Translations under genes and position numbers: made by a program
From: Candidatus Enterousia sp.
GTDB taxonomy: Bacteria > Pseudomonadota > Alphaproteobacteria > Rs-D84
Direction: 5' to 3'
Assembly (NCBI GenBank): GCA_045648945.1
Contig: JAZROX010000047.1
Location: forward strand, 13,615-77,614
DNA: 64,000 bases
Part shown: one piece after another, positions 1 to 6,400 of the stretch
Layout: each line of letters opens with the position of its first letter
Numbering within the stretch: position 1 is the stretch's first letter
Notes under the pieces: generated by a model
The model's database searches: none
The model's input: the letters and a program-made list of their open reading frames with translations, nothing else
Told to the model about the DNA's origin: nothing

Positions 1-1018
1 CTTTGATGTAATCATAGACGGTATCATAATTTTCATCTTTAATTGTGTCTGGACAACCTCCCAAAAATTCGGGAACGTTTTCACACATAAACATATCGTT
101 ATTATCACCGATATCCTCCAAAAATTGCATACCATACATGACCAATGAAGCATCAACCCGATTGACATTTTGTGTACCCGCCTTGGAATAGGACTGACAC
201 GGCGGTGACATTAACACCACGCGGCATCTCCGCTTTTTGTGTGCTTTCAAAATCTGTTTGTATACGCTTAGGTTGGCTATACTACCCGTTATGACTTTAC
301 AACTTGGGTACAATTCTTGATGAATTTGCGCCCGTTTATCATGTAATTCGTTTGCTACGGCAACATTGATGTTCAAATTTTTCAACAGGCACGTGCCTAA
401 ACCGATGTTTGCAAACAAACTGGTTGCACGCACTGTTTTATCAAATTTAACATTTGCTGGCAAAACAATATTTGAAAACGCACCATGACATGTGTGTGTT
501 GCCAATTTGGGATTTTTCTTTTTACAGCCCCTTTTTATTGTCAAGGCGCTGTTGATGCTTGGTACATCACCATTGGCCTTGGCTTCTGCTTTGGCTTTCG
601 CCACACAGTCTGCGTCCAATTCACAGATGCTACGCCAGCGTTTGCCTTTTTTAAACCCATGCGCTTCCATTAATTTATCTTTTGCTATCCGTGCTGCTGT
701 AACTGCTGCGCCACTGCCTTTTGTGGGGCCAAGCGCTCTGACTTTATCCGCAATTCTGACGCCTTCATCCAATACTTTTCCAGCAATATCTTGCGCAAGG
801 TCCAGCAAGTAATTATACAATTCTGGTTCCATATATGCGCAAGACCTCATAAGTTCAATTGCCGCATCAGTCGCTATCATTCCCTGTGAAATATAGTCCG
901 CTGTTCCAGCAGGTGTGGCAGGTAAAGCGGGTGGTGCCACAGTTATTACTGCTGGGGTTGAAGTTGTTAATGTTGGTGCTGTCGCACCGCTTGAAGTAGA
1001 TAAACTTGTTGCTGCCAT
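1..1018 (-). CDS. DNA (cytosine-5)-methyltransferase, 3' end cut by window edge, with about 190-aa N-terminal extension
   Basis: Own minus-strand translation from ATG at 1018. It is not in the ORF track because no stop falls in the window. Motifs: SLFANIGLGTC (motif I-like), VVLMSPPCQSYSKAG (motif IV PCQ), MFMCENVPEFL (motif VI ENV). N-terminus is Ala/Thr/Pro-rich (MAATSLSTSSGATAPTLTT...). Confidence 0.8.
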   Translation of the reverse strand, partial: MAATSLSTSSGATAPTLTTSTPAVITVAPPALPATPAGTADYISQGMIATDAAIELMRSCAYMEPELYNYLLDLAQDIAGKVLDEGVRIADKVRALGPTKGSGAAVTAARIAKDKLMEAHGFKKGKRWRSICELDADCVAKAKAEAKANGDVPSINSALTIKRGCKKKNPKLATHTCHGAFSNIVLPANVKFDKTVRATSLFANIGLGTCLLKNLNINVAVANELHDKRAQIHQELYPSCKVITGSIANLSVYKQILKAHKKRRCRVVLMSPPCQSYSKAGTQNVNRVDASLVMYGMQFLEDIGDNNDMFMCENVPEFLGGCPDTIKDENYDTVYDYIK

Positions 1019-1354
1019 TTTTTACTCCTTCTGAGTTTTTTGGCCGCAAAAACCACCTTGCCCGTAGGCACTTATATGAGGTTCCTGCGAAATTAACTGA
1101 AAATTTTTTTAACCTAAATCACCTATCGGCAATTTTTGGTTGCAAGTAAAAAATGGAATTTGTATAATTAAGATGTTTCGAGTCTTTTATACAGTCCATT
1201 TTTTACTTGGCCTGTTTTAAGATTTTAGGGGTGCGGTTTCATGACTGTGCTCCTTTTTTTCGGTTAACTTGGGCACAATATAAATGCAAAAAGGCAGTAA
1301 ATCAATTACTGCCGTTCACCAAAAAAGTGGCTGTTTTCTGGGTTTTCTTAGTTT

Positions 1355-2164
1355 TTATAACTCATGTTTTTCAAGAAATCTGCGTGGTGTATGAGTTTTT
1401 GAATAATTGATTAAGTGTTCTTTTATTTCGTCGTATGCTTTTTTATGTTTTTCGCTGGGATGTTTCGAAGAATATCCACGCTTATATAATATGTTCAGAT
1501 ATTTTTGTAGTTCTGATATTGGAAAACGAATTTCACCATTTTCTTTTTTTATGTGTCGTGGAAAAACAGTTTGTGTCCCGTGTGTATTGCCTTTGTTGGG
1601 TGCAAATGAGTTTTGATGTTTTACCCAGTTATAAATTATTGGAAAACTCACACCAAATGAAGCATGCACTCTATACACATCGATTGCTTTGTGTGGTTCT
1701 AATGATTGTATTTTAATAACACCACCAGGACGATTTTTTAACCAGTTTGTGGCAACTATTAACTTAGCAGAAAAATCAGCTGAAGGTGAATATGTACGGT
1801 CATATCGAATAAGATTTTCATAAGATATTTCGTCTTTTTCTTCATCTGAGAATTCGCGTTCTGTATCATCTATGAACTTTCCAGTATAAAACCAACATGA
1901 ATTATCGTGTTCATCATATTTATCGTGTTTATCTGGTTCGAATTCAAAAGATTCATTATGTAAAATGTCAGCATATTGTTTATGTTTAATACAAAATCTG
2001 CGAATTGTTTGATTCAGATTTGTTTTTATATGTTGTTGTAATTCTGATAACAAAAAATATGGGGTGTGAATTCTGGTATGTAAACCCGCCAAATATTCTG
2101 GACTGGTTATAACCACTATAAAATTATCAACTTCGTATTGTTCAATTCTGTATGTTATTTTCAT
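1355..2164 (-). CDS. hypothetical protein, 269 aa, AT-rich, acidic central region
   Basis: Only long ORF in this stretch. Same strand as and upstream of the C5-MTase (336-bp gap). No motif recognised. Confidence 0.55.
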   Translation of the reverse strand: MKITYRIEQYEVDNFIVVITSPEYLAGLHTRIHTPYFLLSELQQHIKTNLNQTIRRFCIKHKQYADILHNESFEFEPDKHDKYDEHDNSCWFYTGKFIDDTEREFSDEEKDEISYENLIRYDRTYSPSADFSAKLIVATNWLKNRPGGVIKIQSLEPHKAIDVYRVHASFGVSFPIIYNWVKHQNSFAPNKGNTHGTQTVFPRHIKKENGEIRFPISELQKYLNILYKRGYSSKHPSEKHKKAYDEIKEHLINYSKTHTPRRFLEKHEL

Positions 2165-2437
2165 AAAATCACCTGTTTTTGATGTGTGTATTTTGCACCA
2201 TGTTCATAATAATCGCAAGTTTTTATCAAAATTGTGGTGTGCCAAGTGGGTCAAATCACATTTCACTGAATAGCATGCATTAAAAAATTTGACCCTTCGC
2301 GTAAAGGCCTTTGAAATTTTTTTAATTTACAGTTAGCGATTTTATAACCGGATGGACGGTGGTGTATGGGGTGCGGTGGGTTCGTATTGGTGGCATCTGC
2401 GGGACCGCTTGTCGATACTGCCAGATGGGACCATACA

Positions 2438-2584
2438 TCATACGGGTATATGGTTATACATGTATTTGTTCAGAAACTTTTTAACTTCTTCACCAAGTTC
2501 AATAAAATCAACATAATCATTAGTTCGCGAACTGCACATCGAGCACAACCAAAATAGACAAACCCGCCGATAAAGGCGGGTTTT
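2438..2584 (-). repeat. hairpin + mini-ORF module, copy 1
   Basis: Minus-strand frame gives LFWLCSMCSSRTNDYVDFIELGEEVKKFLNKYMYNHIPV*, with an internal ATG at 2539. A hairpin ACCCGCC/GGCGGGT lies at 2561-2584. Peptide-level similarity to copies at 3612-3745 and 4747-4860. Confidence 0.5.
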
Positions 2585-2610
2585 AGTTAGAAAAGCGAGT
2601 GGTTCACTGA

Positions 2611-2659
2611 GTTCGAAAGTTTGAATTAAAAAAGTGGTGAAAAATTACCACTTTCGAAC
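2611..2659. promoter_or_regulatory. inverted repeat GTTCGAAAGT (2611-2620) / ACTTTCGAAC (2650-2659) with nested hairpin AAGTGGT/ACCACTT
   Basis: Perfect 10-bp arms read directly. The inner hairpin (2632-2638 / 2647-2653) shares bases with the right arm. A related IR lies at 3767-3815. Confidence 0.4.
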
Positions 2660-2670
2660 CAACCATTATA

Positions 2671-3567
2671 TTACCTTACACGTTCAAGAATATGTGTGCC
2701 ATCCTTCAGCAGTCCTATACCCGGTGCCGGAGAATAAATAGGTTTTTGAATATGTTGCCAATTATCTAAAGAGCTGGCTATTTCTTTGGCCGTATCACCA
2801 AAATAGTTATCATAACATCTTTTAGACGTATTATATTTCATGTTATGTGCAATGATTCGCCCGCCAGGATTTACATGATTTAGCAAAGGTAAAATTATAC
2901 CTTTATGTTCAGTGGCAGGCACATAGTCCAAAACATTTGATAAATGTATAACATCATAAGACGTTGTTAAAAAATTTCCTAAATTTCTTACATCTGTCAT
3001 ATAAAAATTATAAGGTTTTCTAACAATCATACGCAATTTTATATATTCTAAAAAAGTAGGCAATGCGTTGGTTTTTGATGGTCTGCCATAATCGCGAAAT
3101 ATGCTTGCACTACCTAATGACTCTATAGACTCTATATATTCAGACTCTGTTTTAGGCAACTTAGGTAATATTTTTTGCATGTTTCTTGTTTGTGAAATAT
3201 GCATACAAGGATAAAATTTTAATTCATACAAATCTTCTAAGAGACGTTTATAATTACACCAACTTAAATAAATTAATGCTGCAGTTTTTATATCCATCAT
3301 AATTTTTGCATTATAACTTATGTCAAAAGTATCGACATATTTGGCCCCATATAATGACAACCATAACGGGTGGTCACCAGAGCAAGCCACAGTCAAAACT
3401 TTTTCGTGTTTTTTTGGCATTAATTGTGGTAATTGACGCAAATTTTCGGTAGTAACAATAAAAGCACAAGAATATGTTCCAAAAATAGGATTTGTAAACA
3501 TCATGGGATTTGCAGCATATTCTTTGCTTTGTTCTATTGCTTTTTTATAATCTGGCATAAAATTCAT
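2671..3567 (-). CDS. SAM-dependent methyltransferase-fold protein, DUF3419/BtaA-like (tentative)
   Basis: 298-aa ORF. VLTVACSGDHPLWLSLYGAKYVDTFDISYNAKIMMDIKTAAL and YDVIHLSNVLDYV resemble my recollection of the DUF3419 pattern (SxGxN...vDlN..Q..L..LK). Confidence 0.5.
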   Translation of the reverse strand: MNFMPDYKKAIEQSKEYAANPMMFTNPIFGTYSCAFIVTTENLRQLPQLMPKKHEKVLTVACSGDHPLWLSLYGAKYVDTFDISYNAKIMMDIKTAALIYLSWCNYKRLLEDLYELKFYPCMHISQTRNMQKILPKLPKTESEYIESIESLGSASIFRDYGRPSKTNALPTFLEYIKLRMIVRKPYNFYMTDVRNLGNFLTTSYDVIHLSNVLDYVPATEHKGIILPLLNHVNPGGRIIAHNMKYNTSKRCYDNYFGDTAKEIASSLDNWQHIQKPIYSPAPGIGLLKDGTHILERVR

Positions 3568-3611
3568 TAGATATCACCTGTTATATTTGTAGTTAGTATT
3601 ATGCTATACGA

Positions 3612-3745
3612 TTACTTCTTGTCAATATTTAATATTCTTTTCACATCTTCAATCTCCCGCCATATTTCAATAATATCGGCTCGCGAATTGCACAGATAGC
3701 ACAACCAGAATTTACAACCGCTCATTTTAGGGCGGTTTTTTGTTT
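3612..3745 (-). repeat. hairpin + mini-ORF module, copy 2 (intact 37-codon ORF 3612-3725)
   Basis: MSGCKFWLCYLCNSRADIIEIWREIEDVKRILNIDKK*. The ATG lies in the loop of hairpin AACCGC/GCGGTT (3716-3737), which is followed by a T-run on the plus strand. The module sits 44 nt upstream of the 2671-3567 gene on the same strand. Confidence 0.5.
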
Positions 3746-3755
3746 GTTTTCTAAT

Positions 3756-3815
3756 ACTTTCGTAAAGTTCGAAAGTTGGAAAATAGAAAACAACAAAAAA
3801 CTATCATTTTCGAAC
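3756..3815. promoter_or_regulatory. inverted repeat GTTCGAAA (3767-3774) / TTTCGAAC (3808-3815) plus local palindrome ACTTTCG..CGAAAGT, in a divergent promoter region
   Basis: Read directly. It lies between mini-ORF copy 2 (minus) and the 3858 gene (plus). Same half-site as at 2611-2659. Confidence 0.4.
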
Positions 3816-3857
3816 TTTTTGTGATATACTTTTAAGCGGTATATAAGGACAAAAATA

Positions 3858-4727
3858 ATGGTTTTGAAAATAAATTTCCCCAAAAAAGAAAAAATAGAGG
3901 CGCTAAAAGAATCATTTTATAAAATGAGAAATGTGCTTGAACTACAACAAAAATATATAAATCTTAGGCAAGCAGATTTTTCAAAAAGCAGAATTGTTGA
4001 TAAAAACTGGTCCGCAAATGCTGAATCGCCACATCATGGTATGTCTATTGAAAAAAATACTGATTGGAATTATCATAAATCCCCAATCGTAAGACATAAT
4101 ATACTTGATTATAAAATTTTTCCAAAATATAGAATCTCACTTAATTGTGTTGCTGATGGGAACTTGTTTTTAGCATTAGATGAATATTTTTCTCTGGGAA
4201 CAATAAACGGAAAAGTTGTAAGGCGTAATCCAGTCAACGGTTATTACAAAACCCCCAGATATGCAGATGATAACATGTGGTTGACGCGTTCAGATCCTGT
4301 CACACTTTATTTTATGGAAGAAGTAGATAAACAAACTATTGAAGATATAAAAGAAATTACTAAACCATATCGCAGTCCTATAAACGTGCCAAAAACAGAT
4401 AAAGTTTTTGCACAAGGACAATTAAAAGACGCAGAATGGATGTCGTATTCAAAAGAGAGTCAACCGGAAGAATTGGTACAACTTATGAAAAGAGCGGAAA
4501 AATTAAATCCGGATTTAGCAAAGGTGATTTATACATATGTAAAAGGCTACGGAAAATCAGTAGAGGACGAAAACGGTAAAAAGATTTTTCTTGTTGAGGA
4601 TGATATTTATACGCAATTAATTAGAATAAGCGCGGGGCAATATTATGCAATCAAAGAATATGTTGATGAATATGAACGCAATCATTCTAAACTGCGAATA
4701 GGTCGTGGTCTTAATATAGATAGATAA
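3858..4727 (+). CDS. hypothetical protein, 289 aa, no signal peptide
   Basis: Long ORF with A-rich upstream region (aaggacaaaaataATG). No secure motif. See the rejected HopA1-like idea. Confidence 0.6.
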   Translation: MVLKINFPKKEKIEALKESFYKMRNVLELQQKYINLRQADFSKSRIVDKNWSANAESPHHGMSIEKNTDWNYHKSPIVRHNILDYKIFPKYRISLNCVADGNLFLALDEYFSLGTINGKVVRRNPVNGYYKTPRYADDNMWLTRSDPVTLYFMEEVDKQTIEDIKEITKPYRSPINVPKTDKVFAQGQLKDAEWMSYSKESQPEELVQLMKRAEKLNPDLAKVIYTYVKGYGKSVEDENGKKIFLVEDDIYTQLIRISAGQYYAIKEYVDEYERNHSKLRIGRGLNIDR

Positions 4728-4746
4728 TATTGTACAATATGATTTA

Positions 4747-4860
4747 TTAGATTTGTTTCCTCTTGAACTCATCAATCTCCCGCCCAATCTCTAACAATTC
4801 GGCTCGGGAACTGCACACCAAATGCAATCAAAAAATTTAACCGTTACAGAGGGGTTTTTT
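4747..4860 (-). repeat. hairpin + mini-ORF module, copy 3 (degenerate, no ATG)
   Basis: Minus frame gives (TGA)LHLVCSSRAELLEIGREIDEFKRKQI*. A 1-nt deletion relative to copy 2 falls in the Cys-rich part. Weak hairpin AACC/GGTT plus T-run at about 4838-4860. Confidence 0.45.
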
Positions 4861-4861
4861 T

Positions 4862-6166
4862 CTAAAATCTGCGTCTTAGGGTAATTTCGAAAGAATATTT
4901 TCTGTTTCCGTTGTGCCATATGTTTGAATCTTTTTTTGTATAAGAAAGTATTAAGGTCGGCGTAAAACCGTAAAATTCCAACCTGTTGTTAGAAAAAGAT
5001 AGAGAATATTTTTGCATAAAGTCTTGTTCTTTGAGTTGTGAATAAACGCCGTCTTGTGCAATCCATTGCACATCATCATAGTAAAACCAATAGAATGCAG
5101 GTTCTGCATATATATAATATCCAAGTGGCAATTCTATGCCAAACCCAAGGCTGATATTTGGTTCCCAATATGAATAGGCGGGGTCTTTGGTGTCTTCGCG
5201 TGTTAGTCCATATTTAAGTGTGAGAAACATTCGGGTATCAAAAGAATAGGTTAAACGCATATCTGTGGCATATGCTTGGCCATTTAAAAATTCACCAAAA
5301 TGTTTGTACCGGTTATCCATCATCCATACTGTTATTCCACCATATAATTTTCGGGTAAAATCGTAATTTGCATCTATCTTGGAACCGTATCCATGATTAT
5401 AGTTTTTCCCGTCATAGAATCTTTGTCCCAAAATGCCCGCCAACCAGACATCACCACGTGACCAAATATATCGTGGCCCAGTTGATGCAGATAAATATAA
5501 ATCGTCATAACCAGATTTTTCATACATATCAGTATATAAAAATGCGTCAGTTTTCCAACGCCAATGGTCAGATAATTTAAATTCATAATCGCCACCGGTT
5601 GAAAAGTTTGTTCCTTTGATAACCTCAAGATCTTTTGCATCGCGACAAAATCTGCGAACACCGTCTATGATGCATTCTTGACCGCCGTTTCCATTATTCA
5701 CATTAGAATCAGGGGTTGTACCAATACGGAACCGAACATCCCAATTTTTATTTTGACGGATAAAATAACGATAATAATCCAGCTTTTGTTTCATGTCGTC
5801 TGATAAATTATCGTCTGCCATTGCCAACCGTAAATGATAATCTGCACGTGTCCATTGTTCGTCATGTATATAGCACACCGCTAATTCATAGCGGGCCTTG
5901 GCAAGATTTGGTTGGATATTTAATATTTTACTGAAAATTTCTATGGCTGTATCATAATCGTTTCGTTCTTGTGCGATTTTTCCCAACAAAAATAATCGTT
6001 CAATTTCCACAGATTCATCTTTGGATTGTGGCATATCAGATAATATTTGATTGGCGCGTTCTATGTCGCCCTTTTTAATTAAATCGCCCGCCGTTTTAAG
6101 TGCGTCGGTTCCCCCAAACGCAAATGAAGGGCAAATAAACATAAAAAACAAGATTATTTTTTTCAT
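4862..6166 (-). CDS. Slam-like (DUF560) outer-membrane protein: signal peptide, N-terminal TPR region, C-terminal beta-barrel
   Basis: 434 aa. MKKIILFFMFICPSFAFG signal. TPR-like helices (ANQILSDM...AIEIFSKILNIQPNLAKARYELAVCY). NKNWDVRFRIGTTPDSNVNNGNG, then alternating beta-strand pattern ending ...SFEITLRRRF (C-terminal Phe). Confidence 0.65.
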   Translation of the reverse strand: MKKIILFFMFICPSFAFGGTDALKTAGDLIKKGDIERANQILSDMPQSKDESVEIERLFLLGKIAQERNDYDTAIEIFSKILNIQPNLAKARYELAVCYIHDEQWTRADYHLRLAMADDNLSDDMKQKLDYYRYFIRQNKNWDVRFRIGTTPDSNVNNGNGGQECIIDGVRRFCRDAKDLEVIKGTNFSTGGDYEFKLSDHWRWKTDAFLYTDMYEKSGYDDLYLSASTGPRYIWSRGDVWLAGILGQRFYDGKNYNHGYGSKIDANYDFTRKLYGGITVWMMDNRYKHFGEFLNGQAYATDMRLTYSFDTRMFLTLKYGLTREDTKDPAYSYWEPNISLGFGIELPLGYYIYAEPAFYWFYYDDVQWIAQDGVYSQLKEQDFMQKYSLSFSNNRLEFYGFTPTLILSYTKKDSNIWHNGNRKYSFEITLRRRF

Positions 6167-6400
6167 AATCGATTCCTTTTCTTGGTTTATTATAGGAAAA
6201 AATGCATACGAATACCATAAAAATATAACTGCTTGGTAAAGTTTTTTATCATTTTCGAGCTATTTGTGGTGTAATTTATGTTTTGCGAATTGCGCATGTT
6301 GGGTGATGGTTAGATTTGTGTTGTGAATGTGCATAAAAAAACTGTTGCGTTGCGATATAAAATATTCTAGACTGCGATTGTTCAAAGGAAGGAGAACAAC

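Noticed and set aside
3858-4727. HopA1-like or lyase-like effector assignment for the 289-aa protein
   Set aside because: The only basis is a vague recollection of an R.SLN...Y.TPRY....R.DPV.LYF-type pattern. I cannot support this without a profile search, so the protein is left as hypothetical.
2438-4860. Integron gene cassettes with attC sites
   Set aside because: There is no intI and no recognisable R''/R' (RYYYAAC/GTTRRRY) core sites. The genes are in mixed orientation, and the repeated part shows codon-periodic conservation.
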